A DNA stretch of 64,000 nt from a bacterium (GTDB lineage: Bacteria; Desulfobacterota; DSWW01). The DNA is taken from positions 1 through 64,000 of the forward strand of contig JBFLZG010000137.1 in NCBI GenBank assembly GCA_040756235.1, written 5' to 3'. Shown here piece by piece: positions 47,330 through 56,414 of the stretch. Below the pieces are notes generated by a model that ran no database searches, had not been told where the DNA came from, and saw only the letters and a program-made list of their open reading frames with translations. Every line of letters starts with the position of its first letter. Within the stretch, counting starts at the first letter, position 1. The translations under genes were made by a program, and so were the position numbers.

Positions 47330-48136
47330 TCACCTGCCCCGGAACACAGGGGTTCTCTTCTCCCGAAACGCCCGGACTCCCTCCCTGTAATCCTGCGTGG
47401 TGATCAGGAAGGACTGCGCATTCATGACCTCCTCCAGACCGGTCTCTACATCTCCATGCTGAGCGGCCCGGTTGATGAGCTGCTTTCCGAGCCCCAGGGC
47501 CAGCGGGGACTTGCGGGCCATCCTGGCGGCGATCTTGCGGACCTCTTCGGAAAAGGTCTCCGGAGGGAAGACTCGATTCACCAGCCCCTGGCCGACCGCA
47601 TCCGCCGCTGTCAGAGGCTCGCCGGTGAGAATGAACTCTTTGGCCCTGGCCAGGCCCATCAGTCGCGGCAGCCGGACGATCGCCCCGGCGTCGGGCAGGA
47701 GACCGAAATCGGTCTGGGGCATCCGCAGGGTCGCGCCTTCCACGGCGTATCTCAGATCGCAGCACAGGGCCAGCTCCACCCCGCCCCCCACGGCAGGCCC
47801 GTTCAGGGCCGCGATGGTCAATTTCTGGATGTCTTCCAGGCCGCCGAACACCCGGTTCCAGCGACGCTGCTGGTTCAGCCGGAACTCCGCCGGTGTCAGC
47901 GTAGAGAGAATCTCCAGGTCCGCACCGGCCGTGAAGTATCTGCCGGCTCCGGTCAGGAGAACCACTCGCACCTCGTCGTCCGCCATGAGCTCCTGAAGGA
48001 CGGTCCACAGCTCATGCAGCATCTCGAAGTTGATGGCGTTCAGCTTCTCCGGGCGGTTCAGCCTGATGGTGGCGATCGCTTCGGCCTTCTCGTACGAGAC
48101 CGTCTGGAACGGCATCTTTTTGCCCTCTGCGGTCAA
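47330..48136 (-). CDS. Crotonase (enoyl-CoA hydratase/isomerase) family protein
   Basis: NRPEKLNA, AGADL, GGGVELALCCD, GLLPDAG, FREKR. Confidence 0.93.
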   Translation of the reverse strand: MTAEGKKMPFQTVSYEKAEAIATIRLNRPEKLNAINFEMLHELWTVLQELMADDEVRVVLLTGAGRYFTAGADLEILSTLTPAEFRLNQQRRWNRVFGGLEDIQKLTIAALNGPAVGGGVELALCCDLRYAVEGATLRMPQTDFGLLPDAGAIVRLPRLMGLARAKEFILTGEPLTAADAVGQGLVNRVFPPETFSEEVRKIAARMARKSPLALGLGKQLINRAAQHGDVETGLEEVMNAQSFLITTQDYREGVRAFREKRTPVFRGR

Positions 48137-48903
48137 GCCAGGGCCCCTCCGTCCACCGCCAGGATCTGGCCTGTGATGTAATCAGCGGCGGCAGAGGCCA
48201 GGAAAACCGCCACCCCTTTGATCTCATCTTTCTCGCCGAGCCTCTGCATCGGAATGGTGTTCAGGATCGCTTCGCGGCGGTGCTCGAGAATGTATCGGGA
48301 CATGCGGGTGGCAAAGTAGCCGGGCGCGATTCCGTTGACCGTGACATGGTACCGGCACCACTTGCGGGCCAGGTCTCTGGTGAATGCCGCAATCGCTCCT
48401 TTGCTCGTCGAGTAGGGAACGGAGTCGGCCACCCGCGGGTCCACGGAGGCCAGACCGGCGACAGACAGGATGTTGATGATCTTGCCCGCCCTCTGCTCGA
48501 TCATCCGCCTGCCTGCCTCCCGGGAACAGAGGAAGGTGCCGGTGGTGTTGACCGCCAGGGTCTGCTCCCACTTCTCCAGGGAAAACTCCTCGAGCGGGGC
48601 TTCCCAGGCGTAGCCGGCATTGTTGATGAGCACGTCGATGCGATCGAAGTGCTGCAAGGTCTGCTCCACCAGGCCTCTGACTTCCTCCGGCTCGGACACG
48701 TCGCATCTGAGCGCCACGGCCGGCACGCCTATGTCACGGACCTTCTCAGCCGCCGCCTCACACCGTTCCAAGTTGCGGGCGGCGAGAACCACGCTCGCGC
48801 CGGCCTCGGCAAGTCCCTCGGCCATCATGAGACCCAGTCCGCTGGACCCACCGGTCACGATGGCCACTTTCCCGGACAGGCTGAAAAGCTCGGGAGCTTT
48901 CAT
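48133..48903 (-). CDS. Short-chain dehydrogenase/reductase
   Basis: TGGSSGLG, NNAG, YSTSK, VDGG. Confidence 0.95.
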   Translation of the reverse strand: MKAPELFSLSGKVAIVTGGSSGLGLMMAEGLAEAGASVVLAARNLERCEAAAEKVRDIGVPAVALRCDVSEPEEVRGLVEQTLQHFDRIDVLINNAGYAWEAPLEEFSLEKWEQTLAVNTTGTFLCSREAGRRMIEQRAGKIINILSVAGLASVDPRVADSVPYSTSKGAIAAFTRDLARKWCRYHVTVNGIAPGYFATRMSRYILEHRREAILNTIPMQRLGEKDEIKGVAVFLASAAADYITGQILAVDGGALA

Positions 48904-48929
48904 GGGCCGAATCCCCCTGTTCCCGCCCA

Positions 48930-49119
48930 GAGGCTATCCCAAAACGCCCATCTGCGGCGTTGCACTCATGCGGCGTGGAGGTCCTGGGGCAGCCTGCCCC
49001 GGCGAAAGCCGGGGTCACTGCGGCGTACTGCCATGTACGCCTCGTTCCTCAGGATTTCGTGCGCCTGGCATCTGGGCATTCTTGAACAGCCTCTGAACTG
49101 AGCCTGTTGGGACGGGCTC
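48930..49119 (+). mobile_element. MITE-like element, copy D
   Basis: GAGGCTATCCCAAAACGCCCATCTGCGGCG...GCATCTGGGCATT...TTGGGACGGGCTC; internal CCCCGGCGAAAGCCGGGG hairpin. Confidence 0.75.
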
Positions 49120-49136
49120 TCCCGACAGCGCCGGGA

Positions 49137-50489
49137 TCAGCCGGAGGGAAAGAGCCTCTCCATCAGGCTCAGGGCAACGCTGGCTGCGGCCTGCATGCCC
49201 ACGCCGCGAGCTTCACGGACCGTATCGCTCGCCATGAAGAGGTTCTGAATACCGGGCGGAACCATGGACGGCCTGTGCCGGCCCGAGATCCCGGGCGATT
49301 CGGAAAGGCCGTATGCCGCCGCGGTGCGGACCTCCCAGCGCGTGGCCTGGGCAAGACCCGGGAGCAGCTCCCGGCCGTCTTCCATGAGATTGTCCAGGAC
49401 GTGCCGGACGGCCCTGCGGGTCCGCGCCCACTCAAGCTCGGAGAGGTCGGGCAAGTCCTGGTAACTGCCCTGGATGCACAGGTTGACCTGTGTCTGTCCG
49501 GCCTTGTCCCCGTAGGATTGGTGCTGGAAGAAGATCCCGTAGGTGCCGGTTCTGGGAAGATAGGGGTGCCACCGGAAGAGCCTGATGTCCCACAGGGGCT
49601 CGTCCACTGCGCACACGATGGTCCACACGTGGCAGATCTTTTTTTCCAGCCTGCGGATCCAGTCCCGGTACCAGATCGGGAATTCGTCCTCGGAGATCAC
49701 CTTGAACAGGTCCCAGACGGGCAGCGTGCAGATGACCAAGGGAGCCTTGACGACTTCGGTGGGTCTGATGTGCGAAGGGAACAGACGTTCCCCGACCTCC
49801 AGCTCGACCCCCCGCGCCACCCCCTGCTCGATCACGATGTCGCTCACCGGGGTGCTCAGCCGGATCTCGCCTCCGTGGGTCTCGATGTAATTCCTCAGAG
49901 GCTCGGTGAGCGCTCGAAGCCCGCCCTGCAACGTGCCGCCGATCTGGTTCAACTTGAGGCCGCGCTGAAAGTGCTCCCGGAAGAAATGGATCATCTCCCC
50001 CAGGGAGAGATCCTCGGTCTTGTTTCCCACGTCGGCGATCTGCGCCAGATAGGTCCAAAGGAGCTCCCACCCCCTCTCTTCGCTCCGGCCGCCGTACCAG
50101 TCCCTCACGGAAACGTCATAGAGCCGCTCGACCTCCTCCCGCGGCATGGTGGCAAACGAGTGCAACACCTCTCTCGCCTCCGCCATGGGGAAGACGTCCT
50201 TCATCGGTCTCCAGGCCTCGTCCTGATAGACTTCGCCGCCCGGATACCGGTGGAGCTTGGGGAAGTCGAGGCCCAGCTTCTCGAAGATCCTCTCCAGGTG
50301 GCCCGCCTCGCTCGGCATGTGAGCCCCGTCGTCCAGCACATGCCTCCGGTGCTCGAGACAGCCCGCCCTGCCGCCCACGCCAGGCCGCTTGTCGAGCAGC
50401 AGGACCTTCTGGCCCCGGCAGGCCAGCAGGGCGCCCGTGCAAAGGCCCGTGAATCCCGCGCCGATCAGGATGGCATCATATTGCGGCAT
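49137..50489 (-). CDS. FAD-dependent oxidoreductase, phytoene-desaturase-like family
   Basis: IGAGFTGL..LLDK..GGR, DDGAH, GG..AL..GGEI, NLFMASD. Confidence 0.8.
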   Translation of the reverse strand: MPQYDAILIGAGFTGLCTGALLACRGQKVLLLDKRPGVGGRAGCLEHRRHVLDDGAHMPSEAGHLERIFEKLGLDFPKLHRYPGGEVYQDEAWRPMKDVFPMAEAREVLHSFATMPREEVERLYDVSVRDWYGGRSEERGWELLWTYLAQIADVGNKTEDLSLGEMIHFFREHFQRGLKLNQIGGTLQGGLRALTEPLRNYIETHGGEIRLSTPVSDIVIEQGVARGVELEVGERLFPSHIRPTEVVKAPLVICTLPVWDLFKVISEDEFPIWYRDWIRRLEKKICHVWTIVCAVDEPLWDIRLFRWHPYLPRTGTYGIFFQHQSYGDKAGQTQVNLCIQGSYQDLPDLSELEWARTRRAVRHVLDNLMEDGRELLPGLAQATRWEVRTAAAYGLSESPGISGRHRPSMVPPGIQNLFMASDTVREARGVGMQAAASVALSLMERLFPSG

Positions 50490-50535
50490 GGCTCGCTCTC
50501 CTGCGCGCTTCCGCGCGAACCGCTCCCCGGGGATC

Positions 50536-51186
50536 CTACGGTTTGAACCGGTCCCCGATTCCGTGAAACACGAACTCGATGACCTCTTTCTTCCGTTCTT
50601 CGATCATTCTTGCGCTGTAGACATCCTTCTTCCACAGCTCCCGGATCGTGGAGGCCGCCACGAAGAACATGGTCGTGCAGCCGAGGATGCTGGAGATGAG
50701 ATGGACGGTGTCATTGGGGTGCCTCTCCCGGTCCCGGAGGTTCGAGTAAACGAACCGGTCCGCCATCTCGAAGGTTTCCTTGAGATAGGGCTTGGAGAGC
50801 ATTTCGTTTACGTACCGGCCGCCGTCGACGGATTCCCGGAGAAGGATTCTTGCTACGTGATCCTTCTCGGCCAGGATGTCGATGCCCGACGAGATCAGCT
50901 TTCTCAGCTTCGCGGGAGGTGAGGCCTCTTCCATCATGATCGGGAAAAGGCGCCGCTGCAGGCTCACGTAGAAATTCTCGATCACCGTTCTGTAGAGGTT
51001 TTCCTTGCTGCCGTAATGGTAATTGATCTGGGAGGGGGGGACCTGGGCGAGCGCTGCGACTTCGACGATACGGGCCCCCTTGAGCCCTTTTTCAGCGAAT
51101 ACCTTCTCTGCAGCGGCCAGGATCCGGGCTTCCGTGCTGCCCGGTGGTTTCTGGCCCCTGCGCTGCTTGTGTTTCTGTCTCTTCAT
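50536..51186 (-). CDS. TetR-family regulator, paralog 1
   Basis: ILAAAEKVFAEKG..INYHYGSKENLY. Confidence 0.93.
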   Translation of the reverse strand: MKRQKHKQRRGQKPPGSTEARILAAAEKVFAEKGLKGARIVEVAALAQVPPSQINYHYGSKENLYRTVIENFYVSLQRRLFPIMMEEASPPAKLRKLISSGIDILAEKDHVARILLRESVDGGRYVNEMLSKPYLKETFEMADRFVYSNLRDRERHPNDTVHLISSILGCTTMFFVAASTIRELWKKDVYSARMIEERKKEVIEFVFHGIGDRFKP

Positions 51187-51237
51187 CTATCGTGCCTTCA
51201 GCGGCCAGCCGATGTTCCGTCGAGATTGGGATCATAG

Positions 51238-51255
51238 TTCGAATGATTGTTCGAA
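51238..51255. promoter_or_regulatory. Palindromic operator O1, abutting a candidate sigma70 promoter of tetR1
   Basis: TTCGAATGATTGTTCGAA; minus strand TTGACA (51282-51277)-N17-TAATTT runs into it. Confidence 0.65.
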
Positions 51256-51380
51256 ATTAGCCGACCCTGAAGGAAGTGTCAAGCAAAAATTGGATGAAGA
51301 TACGCCTTTAAATATTGGCCACAGTGCATCTGCAGGAAGATTTTTGTTGCATCCACCGACCGAAATGGTTTAATCTCCGA

Positions 51381-51398
51381 TTCGAACGTTTGTTCGAT
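51381..51398. promoter_or_regulatory. Palindromic operator O2
   Basis: TTCGAACGTTTGTTCGAT upstream of ATG 51499. Confidence 0.7.
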
Positions 51399-51498
51399 AT
51401 CCGAGAGCCGGGTGGAGACGGACACGAGAGGGGGAGGTGCGCGCCCACCGTGTGAGATCCTGCGGACTCCGGGTGGGAAAACGAAAGGAGATGCCCGG

Positions 51499-53013
51499 AT
51501 GAGTGGCAAACAGGTCGATGTCGTCGTGGTCGGCGGAGGCATCGGGGGGCTGATGACGGGGGCCATCCTCGCCAAGAGAGAGGGGCTGCGCGTGCTGCTG
51601 CTGGAGCAGGAACGATTTCTCGGAGGGAAGATCTTTTCCTTCGAGCACTCCGAGTTTGAGCCGGCCGAGTTCCGGCACCTGCTGTACGCGTTGACCCGGA
51701 GCCGCGTCATCCGAGCCGACCCTCCGCTGGAAGATCTCCTCGGACAGAAAGCGTTCCGCGACTTCATTTTCGAAGGCGGATGGCACGGGTTCATCGCTGC
51801 GGACAGGAGCCGGGCGTCCTTCATCCTCAAGGCCCTGGGTCGCGACCTCAAGGTCATCCCGAACCGCGGTTTCCGGTGGTGGCAGAACAACGGCTGGCAT
51901 GAGCTCCGGGACCGCATGCGCGACTGGACGGCGGAGGAGCTTCAGGAAGGCAAAGAGGTCTCCCGCCAGATGAACCTCATGTCGGCCGATGAAGCCAGCG
52001 CTTTCGACCACGTGGACATGCGTGCCTACATGCAGTCCCGGGCCCGGAGCCCGAGGGTCCGCCAGTTCCACGAGGTCCTGGCCGGGTGGGAGACGGGCCT
52101 GAACGACCCGGCCCTGGTTTCCGCCGGCGAACATATCAAGACGGTCAACCTCGTCCATTGCTCGGGCCGGGACTTTCAGGCCGGAGGCGCCGGCGAGCCG
52201 GCGGGCGGGTTCAACTCCTTGACGCGGGCCTTTGCCGGGATCATCGAGGAAGCCGGAGGAGAGATCCGCACCGGAACGCCGGTGCGGGAAGTCCTGCTGG
52301 AGGATCACGCTGCCCGGGGCGTCAGGGCCGAGACCGCGGACGGCGCCCTGGAGGTCACGGCCCGCGCGGTCGTCTGCAACGTGCCCGTGCAAAGGGCTTT
52401 CTCTCTGATCCCGCGCTCGTACTGGCCGCTCGAGCTCACCGAGCGGATCTCGAGGGTCTGGCCTCTGTCGGGCATCCTGGGCTGGGTCTGCACGAAACCT
52501 CCGATGGACCCCGGCTTTTCCGGAATCTATGTGGTCCCTGTTCTTCCGGGCTGCAGCGCCGCGGACGGCTTCCGGGGAGACGTCTTGTTCTCCTTCGAGG
52601 ACGCGGGCGTGATCGATTCATCACGCGTGCCTCCCGGGCACGGTTTGCTGGCGGTCTGGGCCGGGCTGCTGTGCCGTGACCCGGACGAGATTCACAACCC
52701 GGCGCTCGTGGAACGGGTGGTCGAAGGGATCGCCGACTTCCTGAAGGTCCTGATGCCGGATTTCGAGCAGCAGGTGAAGTGGTATTTCTTCACCATGGCC
52801 GAGGAGCTCTACAGCGTCTCCATCTCCCCGGGGCTGGTGGGCGACCGTCGCCTCCCGGTCACCCATCCGACGGTGAAGAACCTCTACTTCACCGGCGATT
52901 CCGCGGCCCAGTGGGGGTTCGGCATTTCCGGGGTTGCGCTCAGCGCGGTGCGCTGCGCCACGGCGGTCTCCGGAAGGGACCAGTCGGTGATGTTGCCCTT
53001 CTACATGCGCTGA
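51499..53013 (+). CDS. FAD-dependent oxidoreductase, phytoene-desaturase-like family
   Basis: VGGGIGGL..LLEQ..GG, EGGWH, GGF..GGEI, NLYFTGD; AGGAG RBS. Confidence 0.8.
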   Translation: MSGKQVDVVVVGGGIGGLMTGAILAKREGLRVLLLEQERFLGGKIFSFEHSEFEPAEFRHLLYALTRSRVIRADPPLEDLLGQKAFRDFIFEGGWHGFIAADRSRASFILKALGRDLKVIPNRGFRWWQNNGWHELRDRMRDWTAEELQEGKEVSRQMNLMSADEASAFDHVDMRAYMQSRARSPRVRQFHEVLAGWETGLNDPALVSAGEHIKTVNLVHCSGRDFQAGGAGEPAGGFNSLTRAFAGIIEEAGGEIRTGTPVREVLLEDHAARGVRAETADGALEVTARAVVCNVPVQRAFSLIPRSYWPLELTERISRVWPLSGILGWVCTKPPMDPGFSGIYVVPVLPGCSAADGFRGDVLFSFEDAGVIDSSRVPPGHGLLAVWAGLLCRDPDEIHNPALVERVVEGIADFLKVLMPDFEQQVKWYFFTMAEELYSVSISPGLVGDRRLPVTHPTVKNLYFTGDSAAQWGFGISGVALSAVRCATAVSGRDQSVMLPFYMR

Positions 53014-53036
53014 TGCGCGAACTCATGGGGGATGCC

Positions 53037-53858
53037 ATGAAAGAAATCAGGGACAAGATCGTCGTGATCACGGGCGCCGGCAGCGGGATCGGGCGGGCGA
53101 CCGCTATCCAGTTTGCCGGGCAGGGAGCTGATCTGGTCGTCTCGGACGTAAATGAGACGGGGCTGGCCGATACGGTGGCGGCGATTGAGTCTCAGGGCAG
53201 GAAGGCTCTGGCGCTGCGCACCGATGTGTCCAAGCGCGCCGAGGTGGCGGCCATGGTCGAAAAGGCCGTGGCCACCTACGGCCGCATCGACATCTTCATG
53301 AACAATGCCGGGATCGGGATCACGGGCGAGATGCGGCATCTGACGCTCGAGGACTGGGAAAGGATCGTGAGCATCAACCTGTGGGGGGTCATCTACGGCA
53401 TCCATTTCGCGTTGCCCCACCTGATTCGGGAGCGGAGCGGCTATATCGTCAACGTCGCCTCCTCGGCCGGCCTGATCGCAAGCCCGGGGATGTCCGCCTA
53501 CACGACCACCAAGTTCGGAGTGGTCGGCCTCTCGGAAGTGCTGCGCAACGAGCTGGCTCCCTACGGGATCGGCGTTACGGTCGTCTGCCCCGGATTCGTG
53601 CGCACGAACATCTTCAGCACCGCCGAGGTGAGAGGGATAAAGGACCCCGAGGAGGCCAGGAAGGTTCCACCCTGGCTGGGCATATCCGCCGAGGCCTGCG
53701 CGCGAGACATCGTCAAGGCGGTCCGGAAGAACAAGTTTCTGATCATTCCGGGTCCCGAGATGAAGGTGGTTTACGGCTTCAAACGGTTCGTTCCACCGCT
53801 CTACAACGGCTTCAACAGATTGATGGGCAGGCATATCCGGCGGATCAGCGTGGAATGA
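53037..53858 (+). CDS. Short-chain dehydrogenase/reductase
   Basis: TGAGSGIG, NNAG, YTTTK, CPGFV. Confidence 0.93.
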   Translation: MKEIRDKIVVITGAGSGIGRATAIQFAGQGADLVVSDVNETGLADTVAAIESQGRKALALRTDVSKRAEVAAMVEKAVATYGRIDIFMNNAGIGITGEMRHLTLEDWERIVSINLWGVIYGIHFALPHLIRERSGYIVNVASSAGLIASPGMSAYTTTKFGVVGLSEVLRNELAPYGIGVTVVCPGFVRTNIFSTAEVRGIKDPEEARKVPPWLGISAEACARDIVKAVRKNKFLIIPGPEMKVVYGFKRFVPPLYNGFNRLMGRHIRRISVE

Positions 53859-53886
53859 GAGCCCCGGGAGAGAGGGAGGTGGGAGG

Positions 53887-54693
53887 ATGGCCGAAAAAGA
53901 GGTCCTGTACGATTTGGAGGGCCCGATCGCGATCGTGACCCTGAACCGGCCGGCCAGGATGAACGCCCTGACGCTCGCCGCGCACCGGGAGTTGGCCGAC
54001 GCCATCGAGCAAGCCGACAGGGATGAACGAATTCGGGCGATCGTGATCACCGGCGCAGGGAAGGGATTCTGCTCCGGGGATGACGTGGGAGACGTGTTCC
54101 TGAGCCCGGAGGAAGACGCCTTCAAGACCCGGGAAGCCAGACTCAGACAAATTCAGGGCGAGCACCCTTTCCCGGGAGGGGGTCACCGGTTGCTGGCGAT
54201 CAACAAGCCTTCCATCGCAGCCGTGAACGGCCCTGCCGTGGGGTACGGCTGCGAGCTGGCCCTTCTGTGCAACATGCGGGTCGCCTCGGAAAGAGCCCGC
54301 TTCAGCGAGATCTTCCTCAGGGTCGGCCTGATGCCGGACGAAGGCCTGCTGATTCTGCCGAGGCTGATCGGGCTCGCGAAGACCTACGAGATGGTCCTCA
54401 CCACGGACTTCGTCGACGCCCGGGAGGCCGAGCGAATCGGTCTGGTGAACAAGGTGGTTCCCCACGAGGAGCTCATGCCCGCAACCCTGGAGCTGTGCCG
54501 AAAGATCGCCGCCAAGCCTCCCGTCGCGACGCGGCTGGCCATGGAGGGGATCCGAAGGGGCCTTGGATGGCCGCTGGAGTCTTTCATGCGCTACCAGGCG
54601 GTGGCTTCACCCTTCTGCGCAGAGACGGAAGACCACAAGGAGGGGGCCCGGGCATTCCTGGAAAAACGGGACCCGGTCTTCAAGGGCAGGTAG
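53887..54693 (+). CDS. Crotonase family protein (PaaG-like signature)
   Basis: NRPARMNA, FCSGDD, GYGCE, FSEIFLRVGLMPDEG, FLEKR. Confidence 0.93.
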   Translation: MAEKEVLYDLEGPIAIVTLNRPARMNALTLAAHRELADAIEQADRDERIRAIVITGAGKGFCSGDDVGDVFLSPEEDAFKTREARLRQIQGEHPFPGGGHRLLAINKPSIAAVNGPAVGYGCELALLCNMRVASERARFSEIFLRVGLMPDEGLLILPRLIGLAKTYEMVLTTDFVDAREAERIGLVNKVVPHEELMPATLELCRKIAAKPPVATRLAMEGIRRGLGWPLESFMRYQAVASPFCAETEDHKEGARAFLEKRDPVFKGR

Positions 54694-54870
54694 AGGCTGT
54701 CCCAAAACGCCCATCTGCGGCGTTCGGCTCGTTCTTCGTTCCCGGCCTTCGCCGGGACGGGCTCCCCGCCCGTCCGCCGGATTTTCAAGTACGCCGCATT
54801 CCTCAGAACGTCGCCTGCCTTGCATCTGGGCATTTTTGAACAGCCTCTGAAATCGAGGCTCTTGGGACGC
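54693..54870 (+). mobile_element. MITE-like element, copy E (right end eroded)
   Basis: GAGGCTGTCCCAAAACGCCCATCTGCGGCG...CCTTGCATCTGGGCATTTTTGAACAGCCTC...CTTGGGAC; begins at the TAG stop, left flank CAGGTA. Confidence 0.75.
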
Positions 54871-54912
54871 GAAGGCGGTCCGGGCGCCGCCAGGCCTCCT
54901 CGCGGGAGCTGC

Positions 54913-55581
54913 TCATCGGAAGCGGGAGCCGATCCCGTTGAAGACGAAGTCGACGACTTCTTCCTTTCTCTCCTCGATCATCTTCCTGGCGTAGACATCC
55001 TTCTTCCAGAACTCGCGGATGGTCGAAGAGGCGATGAAGAACATGGTCATGCAGCCGAAGATGTTGGAGATGAGGTGGATGGTGTCGTTGCGGGAGTGCC
55101 GATTGCCCTTCATGTTCGAAAAGACGAACCGCTCCGAGAGCTCGAACATCTCGCGCAGGTAAGGCTTGGAGAGGACCTCGTTCACATACTTGCCCTTGTC
55201 GATGGACTCGCGCAGGAGGATCCTGGCCACGTGATCGTTCTCGGCCAGCATGTCGATGCCGATCTCGATCAATTTTCTGAGCTTTTCCTGCGGCGCGATG
55301 TCGTCCTTCATCATGATCGGGAACAGGCGCCGCTGCACGTTCGAATAGTAGTTCTCGATCACGGTCTTGTAGAGGTTCTCCTTGCCCCGGTAATGATAGT
55401 TGATCAGGGACGGAGTCACCCGGGCGAGGGCAGCGATCTCTGCAGTCCGAGCGCCTTTGAGGCCCTTTTCCGCAAACACCCTCTCCGCCGCCGCCAGGAT
55501 CCTCGCCTCGGTATCCTGCGAGTCGTTCCGGTTTCCATCCGACCACCACGGTTGCCTCATCCTGCTTGTCGAGCCCGCCAT
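54913..55581 (-). CDS. TetR-family regulator, paralog 2 (start may be 55560)
   Basis: Close paralog of 50536-51186 over the whole length (TEARILAAAE, NDTxHLIS, MIEERK). Confidence 0.93.
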   Translation of the reverse strand: MAGSTSRMRQPWWSDGNRNDSQDTEARILAAAERVFAEKGLKGARTAEIAALARVTPSLINYHYRGKENLYKTVIENYYSNVQRRLFPIMMKDDIAPQEKLRKLIEIGIDMLAENDHVARILLRESIDKGKYVNEVLSKPYLREMFELSERFVFSNMKGNRHSRNDTIHLISNIFGCMTMFFIASSTIREFWKKDVYARKMIEERKEEVVDFVFNGIGSRFR

Positions 55582-55653
55582 GAGAAATCCCCCGCGCCCC
55601 CGAGGAGGGCAAAGCCCCTCGTCTCGAAGGAACCGCCAGTTGGGTCCAAACAG

Positions 55654-55671
55654 ATTGAACGTTTGTTCAAA
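55654..55671. promoter_or_regulatory. Palindromic operator O3, near a candidate tetR2 promoter
   Basis: ATTGAACGTTTGTTCAAA; minus-strand TTGACA at 55699-55694. Confidence 0.65.
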
Positions 55672-55811
55672 TTTAGCGGAGGCGTCGACCTCCTGTCAAG
55701 AGGGAAAAGGATCAAAAGATCGATCCAAACTCATCTTCTTTTCAGTCTATTCTGGATCCTGGCAGGGGCGCGCAAAAAAGTTGTTGACAGAGATCTGGGA
55801 TCCTGAAATAC

Positions 55812-55829
55812 TTCGAACGGTTCTTCAAA
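55812..55829. promoter_or_regulatory. Degenerate operator O4, just after a candidate sigma70 promoter
   Basis: TTGACA (55784-55789)-N17-AATACT, then TTCGAACGGTTCTTCAAA. Confidence 0.55.
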
Positions 55830-55858
55830 AGTAGACCCCTTCCGTGGAGTGACGAGCG

Positions 55859-56332
55859 ATGAGAATCGAGCAGGGCGAGCTGATTCTGGAGGATGGCGAG
55901 GTCCCGGTCCGACCGGGGGCCTTCACCCGCGTCCCGGGAGATCCGGCGCCTCATCTGATGGGGCGGCAGTGCCCGGACTGCGGGGACATTTCCTTCCCGC
56001 CTTTCCGGCACTGCCTGCGGTGCGGAAGCGACCGGGAGACGGTGGAGAAGGTCCTGGGCAACGAAGCACGGCTGCTCGGGTACACCGTCGCCAGGCAGGT
56101 CATGCCCGGGTTCCACCCCGGATACGTGCTGGCCAAGGTGCGCATGAAGGATGATCCGACGCTGGTGCTGACTGCCCAGCTTGCGGATGTAAAAGAGGAG
56201 GATGTCGCGATCGGGATGGAGCTGGTCATGGTGCCGAGGATCATCAAGTCCCTCATGACAGGGGAAAAGGTCGTATCCTACTGCTTCCGCCCCAAGGACC
56301 CGGCCAGGGTGACGCCGGACACAGCGGGGTAG
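55859..56332 (+). CDS. Zn-ribbon/OB-fold (DUF35) protein
   Basis: CPDCG..FPP..CLRC; IGMEL; directly upstream of a thiolase. Confidence 0.88.
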   Translation: MRIEQGELILEDGEVPVRPGAFTRVPGDPAPHLMGRQCPDCGDISFPPFRHCLRCGSDRETVEKVLGNEARLLGYTVARQVMPGFHPGYVLAKVRMKDDPTLVLTAQLADVKEEDVAIGMELVMVPRIIKSLMTGEKVVSYCFRPKDPARVTPDTAG

Positions 56333-56398
56333 GGGCGAAAGGATTTTTCCCTACAGCTCGCAACAGGCTCCGCAGATGGGCCTTTTTCAACGGCCTGC
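56329..56398. repeat. GTAG REP-like hairpin plus an isolated MITE end
   Basis: GTAGGGGCGAAAGGATTTTTCCCTAC, then CGCAGATGGGCCTTTTTCAACGGCCT. Confidence 0.5.
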
Positions 56399-56414
56399 CA
56401 AGGAGGAGGCTTGA

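Noticed and set aside
49137..53013. Carotenoid biosynthesis (crtI)
   Set aside because: No phytoene synthase or other crt genes; the context is beta-oxidation-like
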